Shown here: piece by piece, positions 1 to 8,585 of the stretch
Numbering within the stretch: position 1 is the stretch's first letter
How the letters are laid out: the number at the start of each line of letters is the position of its first letter
UHGV virus genome: UHGV-0342847
Length of the DNA: 60,874 nt
Strand: one strand, 5' to 3'
Source: a virus
Made by a program: the position numbers and the translations under genes
The notes under the pieces: generated by a model
Databases searched by the model: none
Seen by the model: only the letters and a program-made list of their open reading frames with translations
Told to the model about the DNA's origin: nothing

Positions 1-137
1 CGATGCAGTTCCATGTTCTCTTCACTATCGAGGTCGTGGCGTTTGCCTGCCTTTACCGGCTCGGCTGACGGCATTCTGGTGTAAGGGTCGCTATTGTCCC
101 AGCGCCCCTGTGAAATGCCGCTGTCTTTGTAGTCAGC
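1..137 (-). CDS. 3'-partial? No: 5'-proximal fragment of a further late-strand ORF that continues beyond the window start (hypothetical)
   Basis: The minus-strand frame is open across 137..1 (VFDADYKDSGISQGRWDNSDPYTRMPSAEPVKAGKRHDLDSEENMELH...), directly after the stop of the 139..555 ORF. No motif recognised. Confidence 0.25.
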
Positions 138-138
138 A

Positions 139-555
139 TCAAACACGTTTGACGATCTCCTGGTGGAATGTTTTGCCGGTGCTGCGGTCGGTGCGGATAG
201 CGTCAGCGACTACAACGTTACTGGTGGGTTTGACCGGCATCCTGATCAGGTCGCCCAGGTGATCATGAATAAGTGACAGCACTCGATGGTGAGTCATCAG
301 GTTAGTGGCATCCATCCCGTTCTTGTTCAGGAAGGCGGTAATCATGGGGGCCACCATGCGCGGGTTAGCGTCAGGGTCATCAGGATTCCACTTCCACGCG
401 CTGTCCAGCTCAATGACCAGCGGCACGCCGCGGTGATTAGTACGCGTCACCACCAGACACGGGCGCAAGCGCTCGCCATACCAGCAGCCATACAGGGTTA
501 AATCTCCCCGGCTTTTCACAAACGCGCTTTGCGTCAGGTCTAAATCATGTTGCAT
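139..555 (-). CDS. hypothetical protein downstream of terminase large subunit
   Basis: 138-aa ORF on the late strand, tightly spaced after TerL. No recognisable motif. Confidence 0.4.
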   Translation of the reverse strand: MQHDLDLTQSAFVKSRGDLTLYGCWYGERLRPCLVVTRTNHRGVPLVIELDSAWKWNPDDPDANPRMVAPMITAFLNKNGMDATNLMTHHRVLSLIHDHLGDLIRMPVKPTSNVVVADAIRTDRSTGKTFHQEIVKRV

Positions 556-606
556 AAAATCGCCCCGTTATGAATATGTACCGTATGTTGCCACAATCGC
601 AACAGT

Positions 607-2262
607 TTACGCAGCCATACCTGATTTGTTTCTGCGTTTTGGTCTGTTCCCTGACTTCACCACTGGATTATTACCGACAAACGTCTGCGCCGCCTGTCTG
701 AATGAGTCAGCCGCTTCAGAGTGTACATCGTGCAAAGGCTGATCGGTGAAGCATGCCAGCCTGTCGTTCCACGTCCGTTGGTAGCTATCCAGGTGAGCAA
801 TACCCTCTTTGCAGCGTTCCTCGTCAAACTCACACATAGCCAGGAAGTCACGGGTTGCTTGAATGCCGTGCTGTATCTCGCTGACACGTTCAACAATCTC
901 TATCTTCTTCAGGCCCAGATTTTCCAGCATGGTGCGCGGGCTGTTATTGTTGGTTTCTCCCTGCTTCTCGTGCGCCCCGTCATGCGGCAGGTAGTGACGC
1001 CCCCACACACAGCCAGTCTTGCGCTGGTATTCTTCCATTCTTCGCACGAAATAGCTGTAAGGTTCTCCCCAGCCCTCTTCGAAGTTGACGAACCGGTGCA
1101 TTGATCCTACCTGCTGGTGGAACCAGATAGCCGTTCCGTCCCTGTTACCGATATCCCAGAAGGTGTTGACCGGCAGAGACGGATCCAATGGCACCTTGCG
1201 AATACGGCGTTCTTTGCGAACTCGGGTCATCTGGATGGCGTAGTAAGCGCCCTTGTTCGACTGCTGGAATGCCTCGTCAGGTGTGGAAGGGTATTCCTGC
1301 CACATCTTCGACTCTTCGCCGGAATAGACGTTATCGCGCGTCGATATCCACCATGCCCGCTGCTCGATATCGATGAAGCAGCCCATCTTGCCTTCGACTT
1401 CATCAAAATACTCGTGCTCAGACGGGCTAATGTCCACGTTCTCAGGGTCAACGCGGTATTCCTGGTCATCCCACCATGGGAAGAAGTGGAAACGGAACTC
1501 TTTGCTGGTAAGCCTGCGCCCCAGATCGGCAATGCGGCGGGCGCGCTGCGTCATGTTGTAGAACTCACCCGCCCTGCCTTCGGCGGTGGACTCGATGAAT
1601 ATCATCCCCATTTCAGCAGCAGGGATTGAACCGGTCACAACCTCGTTGGCTTTTGCCGGGTTAGTGGCGCATATCTTACCGAACTCAGAAATATGCAGGT
1701 GTGTCAGCGTACCGCCACGGAATGACGTGCTGACGCGTACCCATGAGCCGTTATGCGAGAACTCCAGCTTATCAGCACGGTCACGCTCAAGAGGCATAGC
1801 CTCACGCAGGCTGGCTGGCAGTTGGTCATAGGCAAACTTAATCTTGTCCCTGAATATCTCCTTTGCCACCTCATCGACGTGAGCAACGATCGCCGCCGAT
1901 ACCGGGCGCGTTTTGTGGGCAAACAGAGCACTATCCAGAAACAGGATGGCTATGAACGTGGTAAAGCCCAGCTGACGGGCTTTAAGGATAATATTTCGCT
2001 TATGCAGCCGCTTCAAAAGCCTGCGCTGCGCCCTGTTTGGCTTGAATGGCACAATCATTGGCTCAGCGTCTTCGTCTTCCTTACCGTTTACGTCCTTCGG
2101 CTTCGTCTTGATCTTGTACAACTGACCAGAGCACAAACGCCATAGAGGGTCTGACAGGCAAACAGCCAGGTCAGCAGCCGATCGCGGTACAAAATCATAG
2201 GCAACCGGTATAGAAACTGTAGGCGGTGCATTCGGGTCGAGGTAATTCGACAATTCACTCAT
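607..2262 (-). CDS. terL: terminase large subunit
   Basis: 551 aa. It sits next to a Terminase_2-type small subunit and an HNH gene. It has the long N-terminal ATPase region and C-terminal nuclease region typical of TerL (FKPNRAQRRLLKRL..., acidic nuclease-like segments). Its ATG overlaps the stop of the upstream 100-aa ORF (ATGA). Confidence 0.85.
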   Translation of the reverse strand: MSELSNYLDPNAPPTVSIPVAYDFVPRSAADLAVCLSDPLWRLCSGQLYKIKTKPKDVNGKEDEDAEPMIVPFKPNRAQRRLLKRLHKRNIILKARQLGFTTFIAILFLDSALFAHKTRPVSAAIVAHVDEVAKEIFRDKIKFAYDQLPASLREAMPLERDRADKLEFSHNGSWVRVSTSFRGGTLTHLHISEFGKICATNPAKANEVVTGSIPAAEMGMIFIESTAEGRAGEFYNMTQRARRIADLGRRLTSKEFRFHFFPWWDDQEYRVDPENVDISPSEHEYFDEVEGKMGCFIDIEQRAWWISTRDNVYSGEESKMWQEYPSTPDEAFQQSNKGAYYAIQMTRVRKERRIRKVPLDPSLPVNTFWDIGNRDGTAIWFHQQVGSMHRFVNFEEGWGEPYSYFVRRMEEYQRKTGCVWGRHYLPHDGAHEKQGETNNNSPRTMLENLGLKKIEIVERVSEIQHGIQATRDFLAMCEFDEERCKEGIAHLDSYQRTWNDRLACFTDQPLHDVHSEAADSFRQAAQTFVGNNPVVKSGNRPKRRNKSGMAA

Positions 2263-2561
2263 AAAAATCCAGCTTCACGAAGTGCAATTCTTTCGTAATT
2301 TGCTAATATTTCACCGGGGCTATTACGAAATATTTGCATATCGCGAGGTGATGAATGAACGGATTTGAACTGAAACTCTGGCGCAAGGGCATGAACTGGA
2401 CACAAGCACGGGCAGCAGAAGAGCTTGGCGTCGTCCTCCGCACCTATCAGGGATGGGAAAAGCGCAAGGAGGTGCCAAAGGTTGTCACCCTGGCTACAAA
2501 AGGCCTCTCTCTCTCCCAGCTGGCAAATAGCATCACTCAACTCAGCACCATTGCCCGTCAT
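2259..2561 (-). CDS. questionable 100-aa ORF exactly bridging TerS stop (TAATG overlap) and TerL start (ATGA overlap); antisense to the HTH gene
   Basis: Both overlaps are perfect translational-coupling overlaps. The Cys-rich product has no recognisable fold. It may be spurious or a genuine overlapping gene. Confidence 0.25.
   Translation of the reverse strand: MTGNGAELSDAICQLGEREAFCSQGDNLWHLLALFPSLIGAEDDAKLFCCPCLCPVHALAPEFQFKSVHSSPRDMQIFRNSPGEILANYERIALREAGFL
2288..2340 (+). promoter_or_regulatory. inverted-repeat half-sites (TTTCGTAA / AATATTTC ... TTACGAAATATT) upstream of the small HTH gene; candidate operator/promoter
   Basis: Inspection only: 2291-2298 and 2305-2312 versus 2323-2334. 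Confidence 0.25.
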
Positions 2562-2564
2562 TAA
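2355..2564 (+). CDS. Cro/CI-family (XRE) helix-turn-helix transcriptional regulator encoded antisense between TerS and TerL
   Basis: 69 aa. LKLWRKGMNWTQARAAEELGVVLRTYQGWEKRKEVP is a textbook XRE HTH. Strong SD GAGGTGA 5 nt upstream of the ATG. Inverted repeats lie in its upstream region. Confidence 0.6.
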   Translation: MNGFELKLWRKGMNWTQARAAEELGVVLRTYQGWEKRKEVPKVVTLATKGLSLSQLANSITQLSTIARH

Positions 2565-3310
2565 TCCTCCCCGACTGGTTTGATTAGCGCGCCAGGTAGC
2601 TGCTGAAGGATAGCCACAAGCGGGTTCTCTTTATCGCCTTGCAGCATAAGCTTGTCATTGAACATGCCCAAGTGCCTGGCGATCTGGTCAAGCGCCGCTT
2701 TTTGGTCGTGTGTCTTAACCTCCATGCCGTTCTGAGTGAGTTTCACTCCTGCATAGAGAACCTTTGCCGCTGGCGATAGATTACGGGTATCCTGAAAGAA
2801 AGCATCAGCATGCCCCTCACCGAAACACTTCGGGCATTTTGCGTGAGGTGATAGCGTTGGGTCAAATCCATATCCACCATCATCACTTGGCAGGTCTGGC
2901 GTTTCACCTTCCCCAGCGTCTTCCCGTATCTCATTGCAAACGCGCTCGTATTCTGCTTCATCCTTCCATTGATAACGGTGATCTTTCCCGTAGCAGTGAC
3001 GGCAACATAGGCGGCGAACCTGCATTATCTCGTTTGGGTCAGCAGTTGCCATCATCCAATAGCGTTGAAGAACCATATCAGCGGTGATCTTGGTGCGCTC
3101 AGATCTCTTCTCCATGGCCTTCTGGACTGCATCGAATACCAGCGGCTTCGTCTTACTATTGCTTACCCATAAATAAGCCTTTGTGCGGGCCACTGTAGCA
3201 CTGTAACCCGCAGCAATGGCTGCTCGTTGCGGATCCAAATCAATTATGTATTCGTCTACAAAACGCTTATCACGCGCGTTCAGGCGTTGTTTCTTCGCTT
3301 TATTTTGCAT
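2561..3310 (-). CDS. terS: terminase small subunit (Terminase_2-like)
   Basis: RFVDEYIIDLDPQRAAIAAGYSATVART... is a typical TerS N-terminal DNA-binding region. The start is re-chosen at ATG 3310 (MQNKAKKQ); the track ORF extends to 3358. The HNH stop overlaps the first codons. Confidence 0.8.
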   Translation of the reverse strand: MQNKAKKQRLNARDKRFVDEYIIDLDPQRAAIAAGYSATVARTKAYLWVSNSKTKPLVFDAVQKAMEKRSERTKITADMVLQRYWMMATADPNEIMQVRRLCCRHCYGKDHRYQWKDEAEYERVCNEIREDAGEGETPDLPSDDGGYGFDPTLSPHAKCPKCFGEGHADAFFQDTRNLSPAAKVLYAGVKLTQNGMEVKTHDQKAALDQIARHLGMFNDKLMLQGDKENPLVAILQQLPGALIKPVGED

Positions 3311-3800
3311 GTTCGTCTCGATGGCAGTCTTCGCAGAGGGTAATCCCGTTCCCAACACTAACCCTTAGCATCGGCTCATCAGCCCATCTGACAATGTGGT
3401 GTGCTTCAAGTTTATTTATTGCCCCGCAGTTTTTGCATTCAAATCCGTCTCGTTCGAGGACAGCGCGCCGCCATGAGGTTACTGCTGGGTCGCTCCTGCT
3501 AATTGCTGAAGCTCCTAATATCTCTTCGGTGGATGAGTTGCGCCAGCGAGGGTTTATGCAATCGAGAACCAACTTAGCAACAGATCGCCTAAAATCGTTG
3601 CTTTCTGGGTTTCGTAATATCGCGATTGCCACCAATCCATACAGAAAGTAGTCGTTTACTCTCTGTAAAATTACTTCATCGCTTATTTGTCTAGTTTTTA
3701 CGGATGACAGCAAGCCGATATGCCAGGCAATACACCTACTTGCGTGAAGTGATACTGCCTGTTGATGGGTGATACCTTGCTCTATGACTTTCATTCTCAT
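3300..3800 (-). CDS. HNH endonuclease (terminase-associated)
   Basis: CKNCG...LEAHHIVRW...GITLCEDCH is an HNH motif. Its position immediately upstream of TerS is as in cos phages that need an HNH for cos cleavage. Confidence 0.8.
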   Translation of the reverse strand: MRMKVIEQGITHQQAVSLHASRCIAWHIGLLSSVKTRQISDEVILQRVNDYFLYGLVAIAILRNPESNDFRRSVAKLVLDCINPRWRNSSTEEILGASAISRSDPAVTSWRRAVLERDGFECKNCGAINKLEAHHIVRWADEPMLRVSVGNGITLCEDCHRDEHAK

Positions 3801-3886
3801 TCGCTCAGGTGGGGGTTGACTCCAGTGATCGCGCCGTGTGTAACGCCGCGATCGAATGATGCGATTTTAGAAACGGGGGTTGCAAA

Positions 3887-4150
3887 ATGCAAACAGTAGC
3901 TGATTCAGCGAAGGAGATTGTGAGCTGGGAGCTTCGCCTGCTGCAAAACGGCGCTTACAGGATCTCGAATGCGAGACGGCTTAAAGAGGCTCCGGTAGTG
4001 GATTTATATACAGAACGCATTGACATAGCTCAATTCACAGATTCGCTGGAATGCGTGAAAGAGGTTCTTGGCCTAACTGATGGCGAATGGGTAGGCCTTG
4101 AGCGCCGTTCCGGTTCCCGCGTCGAAGTAATTGCAATGAAGATGGAATAA
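3887..4150 (+). CDS. hypothetical protein
   Basis: 87-aa ORF, first gene of a small rightward cluster divergent from the late operon. Confidence 0.4.
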   Translation: MQTVADSAKEIVSWELRLLQNGAYRISNARRLKEAPVVDLYTERIDIAQFTDSLECVKEVLGLTDGEWVGLERRSGSRVEVIAMKME

Positions 4151-4151
4151 A

Positions 4152-4178
4152 AAAAGCCCATCGTGGGGGATGGGCTAA
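4152..4178 (-). terminator. hairpin AGCCCATC-gtggg-GATGGGCT with an A-run on the plus side (T-run on the minus strand): intrinsic terminator oriented for leftward transcripts
   Basis: Seen in sequence. The T-tract is only on the minus-strand reading. Confidence 0.4.
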
Positions 4179-4325
4179 GACTACATACAGCATATTGCAG
4201 TTACTAACTTGTGGGTTCGAAATAAATCTACATCACTACATCCATTTATGCAACCCAGACTTGCAAATATACAATCTCAGTTGTAAGATAATCTTAGTTT
4301 AAAGATTTATCACAGCGAGGATGTT

Positions 4326-4520
4326 ATGAGGAAAATAACCGCGGAAATGATGGATATGGCTAGATCTGTGCGCATAGCAATGCTGCACGCAGAAGCCATC
4401 AAAGAAGACCTGGCGCGTGAAGAGGCAAAAAACCAGCCTCGTGTGTGTGACCTCACTTACATCCACGACGTTTATGGTCGCCCCAAGGTCGTTCTGTCTG
4501 AGGATGAAATCCCATACTGA
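4326..4520 (+). CDS. hypothetical protein
   Basis: 64-aa ORF. Confidence 0.35.
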   Translation: MRKITAEMMDMARSVRIAMLHAEAIKEDLAREEAKNQPRVCDLTYIHDVYGRPKVVLSEDEIPY

Positions 4521-4609
4521 GCAATGCGCAATTAATTCGTATTTTGTTCGATTATTACCGAGGCGATAGCGAATATTTTTCGCATCGCTATTTCACAAGA
4601 GGACACACC

Positions 4610-5383
4610 ATGCAACGCAATGAACTAATCACGCAGTTGGAAACGTTTCTGTCTGCCAATCAGCAGGTCGCAGACGAAGCAGCCCCTGCCCTTAAACTCC
4701 TGCGAGCGGCTTACGCAGAACTGCGCAAACCCGTTTCGGGTGATGATACTACAGCGCAGCGTTATCTGGCTGAACTGTCCACCGCTGACCGTACGATCAA
4801 CGGACTGAATGACCGACTCGTAGAGCTGGAATTTTTTATCTATGACCTGCTCGCTGAAATGGGCATGGTTCCAGAGATTAACGACGAACCAGTAGCCAGC
4901 CTGAGCGATGCTCTGGAACGCGTACCTAACCTTCTTGAAGCTCTGAAAGAGGCCGTATCTTCATTCTCTAGCGATGATGACACCGCAAAAGCAAAACGCT
5001 TCATCTTCGCTGTTCGCAACCTGCTGGGGGCTGGCGATGTATCACTTGAAGAGGTGTACGCCGCATTAGAAAGCAAGGCTCAATATCTGGCTGGCCTTGA
5101 GAACGGGATTGCAGAGCGAGACAAGAATGTTTCTGAGCTTGAGGCGCTGGTTAGCGCCTGCCTGGACGCTGCTGGAGAGGACTGGCAGGACGTTGAAGGT
5201 CTGCCAGGTGTTATCAAACAGATTCGGCAGAACGCTGAGAGTGAAGGCGCTCCACTTTCTGGATGGGTGTCTGATGCTATCGACCTCGCTCATGCCGTTC
5301 GTGGCAACCTTGCGCCGGAAAACCGCGTAATGGCTAAAGCAGCCGAAGCCCTGATTTTAAAATCTCCGCGGGGTGAAGCATGA
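4610..5383 (+). CDS. hypothetical protein, predicted helical/coiled-coil
   Basis: 257 aa. Start re-chosen at ATG 4610 with SD AAGAGGA upstream. No motif recognised. Confidence 0.45.
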   Translation: MQRNELITQLETFLSANQQVADEAAPALKLLRAAYAELRKPVSGDDTTAQRYLAELSTADRTINGLNDRLVELEFFIYDLLAEMGMVPEINDEPVASLSDALERVPNLLEALKEAVSSFSSDDDTAKAKRFIFAVRNLLGAGDVSLEEVYAALESKAQYLAGLENGIAERDKNVSELEALVSACLDAAGEDWQDVEGLPGVIKQIRQNAESEGAPLSGWVSDAIDLAHAVRGNLAPENRVMAKAAEALILKSPRGEA

Positions 5384-5592
5384 AATCAACTGTCGGCCCA
5401 AGCCAGATACAGCATTACAACAACATGATGACGCAAGCCTGCTCGTGCGAGCGCCATAAGCAGTGGGGTCACGCTGGCAAGATGTGGCGTGAATGCGAGC
5501 GGATGGCTCAGGATAATTTCTGGCGCTGGAAAGAAACATGGTGCGCTAAACGTGCTGAGTTCTGCGAAAACGCCGTGCGGAGTGGTTGGTAA
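5380..5592 (+). CDS. hypothetical Cys/His-rich small protein
   Basis: 70 aa with several C/H residues (CSCERHKQWGH...CER...C). Confidence 0.4.
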   Translation: MKSTVGPSQIQHYNNMMTQACSCERHKQWGHAGKMWRECERMAQDNFWRWKETWCAKRAEFCENAVRSGW

Positions 5593-5846
5593 TGTCTACT
5601 GTTACAGGATGGATATTTGTTATCGGTTGCGCCGTTGGCACGCCAGCAGACCAGTGCATTGAAGAGCCAGTAAACGGATACGCCTACAATGATGTTCAGA
5701 GCTGTCAAATGGATAACGCTGGCGACCCACGCCCTAATATGAAGTGCATCGAGGTGATTGTTGTCAGGGACGCTGGCGAGGATCCTGCTGCTGGTTCAAT
5801 TGAGCGCATTCTGGATAGCTTTGATGACAGCGCGGGGCGTGGATGA
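5592..5846 (+). CDS. putative lipoprotein (candidate superinfection-exclusion/surface moron)
   Basis: MSTVTGWIFVIGC has a hydrophobic signal plus a lipobox-like VIGC. The ATG overlaps the upstream stop (TAATG). Confidence 0.45.
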   Translation: MSTVTGWIFVIGCAVGTPADQCIEEPVNGYAYNDVQSCQMDNAGDPRPNMKCIEVIVVRDAGEDPAAGSIERILDSFDDSAGRG

Positions 5847-6049
5847 TGGAAACAGTAGACAAAAAAGCCCGCCAGCGACAATACAATAAGCGCCACGCTG
5901 ACCGTCGCAGGGATGCTGGCGATACGTGTCACACCGTATGGCTGTCAGCTGAGGGAACTGCGGCATTGGCGCGGTTAACTGGGAATGGCATTGTTCCGAA
6001 GGAATTAGCAATCAACGACGCAATAATCGAAGCAGCCAAACAGAAATAA
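5843..6049 (+). CDS. hypothetical basic protein, possible DNA-binding
   Basis: 68 aa with a basic N-terminus (KKARQRQYNKRHADRRRD). Confidence 0.35.
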   Translation: MMETVDKKARQRQYNKRHADRRRDAGDTCHTVWLSAEGTAALARLTGNGIVPKELAINDAIIEAAKQK

Positions 6050-6055
6050 CGTACG

Positions 6056-6095
6056 CAGCCGCTGACAGGGTAATTTACACCTCAGCGGCTTTTTT
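6056..6095 (+). terminator. rho-independent terminator ending the 3887-6049 cluster
   Basis: Stem GCAGCCGCTGA...TCAGCGGCT followed by TTTTTTGTG. Confidence 0.55.
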
Positions 6096-6127
6096 GTGCC
6101 TGTAGGTATACATTCGGACGGTTGAAA

Positions 6128-6160
6128 AGAAAGAGCGCCCTAAAGCGCTCCTGTTTCGTT
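6128..6160 (-). terminator. rho-independent terminator for the leftward early operon
   Basis: Minus-strand stem GAGCGC-tttagg-GCGCTC followed by TTTCTTTTC. Confidence 0.45.
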
Positions 6161-6178
6161 TTAGCGGCATGGATATAA

Positions 6179-6358
6179 TTACAGTGTGCTGGCATTATCC
6201 TGACCATTGCCACTTTCAGCCGGGTTAGCAACCTGCATCATTTCGCTGAAATGCCGCTCGCGCATGTGTTGCATTCGAATCTCATGCTGCTCCTTAGCTC
6301 TGCGAACCTCTTCCTCGTGGCGCTTTCGCATTTGCTGATATGTCTCATTCATCGTCAT
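6179..6358 (-). CDS. hypothetical protein (last gene of leftward early operon)
   Basis: The start overlaps the stop of the 245-aa ORF (translational coupling). The product is basic and helical. Confidence 0.35.
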   Translation of the reverse strand: MTMNETYQQMRKRHEEEVRRAKEQHEIRMQHMRERHFSEMMQVANPAESGNGQDNASTL

Positions 6359-7082
6359 TCTCCAGTCTGCGCTGCCATTCGGCGCGCTGTTCGTCAAAAC
6401 GGCGGTTAACTTCTTTCATGCGCACTGCATGCCGTTCCCGGCGATCGGCATCTTCCTGCTGCTTTGTGATTGCCATCCGTTTAGATAGTTCACGCAGGCC
6501 TTCGGCAATCTTCTGCCGATTACTGTTAGCGACTTCCGTGGAGAGGTTAGGCAGCGCCAGGTGCTCAGTGCGTGGAGGTGGAAGTAGGCCTTGCTGCTGG
6601 GCTTTCTGCTCAACTAGCTGACGCAGTCCTCCATCCCATCCAGCTGACAGTTCGTTATGTGGCGTCTTCCCTGACGCCTTAGCTGTTGCCACGTTGCGAT
6701 CGTAGGCGGCGATGAAGGCCATGCGAGCGCCTACCTTGTCACCAGACTCCATGAGTGGAAGCGCAACATTCCACGCCTGTTTCGCCTCTTCGGTCCACAC
6801 AACAGAATTACGCTCGTCAACAGCAGGCAGCGCCAGCGACCACGCCTCATTTGCCGAAAGCCAGCCCCCTTGCGGGGCCAGCAGATCGATAATCGCCTTC
6901 AGAGTCAGCTTGCCGGTGATCTCTTTACGGCAGCGCGTGAGCGCCACCATAACATCACTGAAGTTGTACTCAGCCAGATCCTGAGCCATCACCATGACAG
7001 CAGTCGGCTTCATCTCATGCCCCATGACCTCAGCTGTGACCACCAGCTGCTGCATGACGCGCTCTACCTCTTGCGGGTTCAC
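6345..7082 (-). CDS. putative replication protein (lambda P-like / helicase-loader position)
   Basis: 245 aa immediately downstream of, and overlapping, the O-like gene. No Walker motif is clear, so the call is from position plus weak resemblance. Confidence 0.4.
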   Translation of the reverse strand: MNPQEVERVMQQLVVTAEVMGHEMKPTAVMVMAQDLAEYNFSDVMVALTRCRKEITGKLTLKAIIDLLAPQGGWLSANEAWSLALPAVDERNSVVWTEEAKQAWNVALPLMESGDKVGARMAFIAAYDRNVATAKASGKTPHNELSAGWDGGLRQLVEQKAQQQGLLPPPRTEHLALPNLSTEVANSNRQKIAEGLRELSKRMAITKQQEDADRRERHAVRMKEVNRRFDEQRAEWQRRLENDDE

Positions 7083-7975
7083 TGTTCACCCCCTTTTGCC
7101 TGCTGTACGCGGAACATACGGATCGCTTCGTCAGCTGCGTTCGCGTTGGTCTGGGTGCTGTCGATCTGGCGAGCCTGACCAGAAGTCATTGCTCGGCCGG
7201 TTGCCCACTGCGTGCGGTAGCCTTCTGCGCCTTTAAGCAGGATGCCCAGCGGGTGGCTGTTTTTCACCACGTACTGGTCATTCACGCTTCGCACGTAGAA
7301 ACAGGCCACTGCTGGCGCTTCCTTGCCAAGGCACTCCACCAGCTTCTTCATCTGCGTGTTGATACGGGCATTACGCACAGGAGGAACACCATAACGATCC
7401 TGATAAGCCACCGTGAAACGTTCCCAGGCCACTTCAGTGATGCGCTCAGGTGTCAGCTGTTTCTGTTTTGGCAACACACCAGGCGCAGAATCAACCCCAT
7501 CGGCGGCGCAATTTTTCGACGCAGCAGAATCATTACTTGTTGGGTTTATCATTCCTTGTTGATGATCATTCTTTATTAGTGGTGGATTATCCGGCAGCGG
7601 TTCGTCCGGCGACGGTTTTTCCGGCTCCGGTTGTTGCTGATCTTCCGGCGACGGATTATCCGTCTCCGGTGACTCACTAACTACGTAGTCCATACCTCTG
7701 AATTTCCCGTTCTCAGAACGCGCTGTATCGGCTTTCATGTAGCCAGCCGCCACCAGCTCAGCGATAACCCCACGAACAGCGTCACGGCTTGATGGGCGTT
7801 GGCTATCAGCTGTCTGCTTGATGAGGTGAGCAACAGATACCGTCCAGTTATCCGGCTTTCCCAGTAGGAATATCAGCATGCCTCGCGCAGCCCAACTCAG
7901 GCGGGTATCTTCTGAAATATCTTTGTTCAGGGTGTAAAAGCGCGTATCGGGTCGCTTGCCGCGTCTAATGCTCAT
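7079..7975 (-). CDS. replication initiation / replisome-organizer protein (lambda O-like)
   Basis: The N-terminal winged-helix region (RLSWAARGMLIFLLGKPDNWTVSVAHL) is typical of phage replication-initiator N-domains. A Pro/Glu-rich linker is encoded over iteron-like repeats. Confidence 0.55.
   Translation of the reverse strand: MSIRRGKRPDTRFYTLNKDISEDTRLSWAARGMLIFLLGKPDNWTVSVAHLIKQTADSQRPSSRDAVRGVIAELVAAGYMKADTARSENGKFRGMDYVVSESPETDNPSPEDQQQPEPEKPSPDEPLPDNPPLIKNDHQQGMINPTSNDSAASKNCAADGVDSAPGVLPKQKQLTPERITEVAWERFTVAYQDRYGVPPVRNARINTQMKKLVECLGKEAPAVACFYVRSVNDQYVVKNSHPLGILLKGAEGYRTQWATGRAMTSGQARQIDSTQTNANAADEAIRMFRVQQAKGGEQ
7535..7665. repeat. iteron-like direct repeats plus AT-rich stretch inside the O-like gene (candidate ori)
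   Basis: TTGTTGggtttATCATTC / TTGTTGatgATCATTC, then TTTATTAG, then repeated GGATTATCCG and TCCGGCGACGG. Confidence 0.3.
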
Positions 7976-8409
7976 TGCAGATCCTCCACCAGCACGAACC
8001 TGAAGCCATCAGGATGCCCAGGAAGGCTTGCCGGAACCACCTGGAGGGGGGTGTCAAAGAATCCTAAGCGCCCGCGCATCGGATAGAACGGCAGCGGCTC
8101 GCTGGTGGACAGGATGAAACCCTTCGGGCCGAAAAACCACGGACTATCAGACGTATCGACGCAATTCACGATGTGTGTATAGCCAACAACGCCGCCGCGC
8201 TGGAGATCTTCGAAGTCCGGGATATCAACGCTTATTAGACGGTCAACGATCATCATGCAGGCTTCATCATACTCTTTTCTGGTCATTCCCTTAGCCGCGT
8301 GTACCAGCACCCTCCCACGGTATTTCGTGTTCCAGCTGCGGTTTTCGATATCTTTGTAGCCGTTGACGATAAGCCAGGCAAACGGCTGACGAATGGAGAT
8401 AGCTTTCAT
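7972..8409 (-). CDS. ASCH domain protein
   Basis: ISIRQPFAWLIVNGYKDIENRSW is the hallmark ASCH/PUA-like N-terminal motif. Confidence 0.7.
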   Translation of the reverse strand: MKAISIRQPFAWLIVNGYKDIENRSWNTKYRGRVLVHAAKGMTRKEYDEACMMIVDRLISVDIPDFEDLQRGGVVGYTHIVNCVDTSDSPWFFGPKGFILSTSEPLPFYPMRGRLGFFDTPLQVVPASLPGHPDGFRFVLVEDLQ

Positions 8410-8585
8410 CTGGCACCCCCATTCAAAACCATCAAAACAACGGAAATCACAGCGAAAATGAGCGATGTGCGAGCGTCACGACCTACATCCCAGCAATTCT
8501 TGAAATCCCAGTAGATGAATGACCAGATGAGTGAGAACACCCACGGCAGCGCAGCGCCAATAGCTGCAGCGATCAGAATATTCAT
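8406..8585 (-). CDS. small membrane protein (59 aa)
   Basis: Below the track cutoff. ATGA overlaps on both sides. Two hydrophobic segments (MNILIAAAIGAALPWVFSLIW...LIFAVISVVLMVL). Confidence 0.35.
   Translation of the reverse strand: MNILIAAAIGAALPWVFSLIWSFIYWDFKNCWDVGRDARTSLIFAVISVVLMVLNGGAR

Noticed and set aside
1117-1629. 170-aa plus-strand ORF inside terL, and similar antisense ORFs in terS, int and the tailspikes
   Set aside because: They fall entirely within well-supported genes on the other strand, with no motif support.
3801-3886. Late promoter upstream of the HNH-TerS-TerL block
   Set aside because: No sigma70-like -35/-10 pair with acceptable spacing was found. Late expression probably needs a phage activator, and the site cannot be placed by eye.
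4205-4230. tRNA T-loop-like GGTTCGAAAT
   Set aside because: The T-stem cannot be closed. No acceptor or anticodon arms could be drawn. No tRNA is called anywhere in the window.
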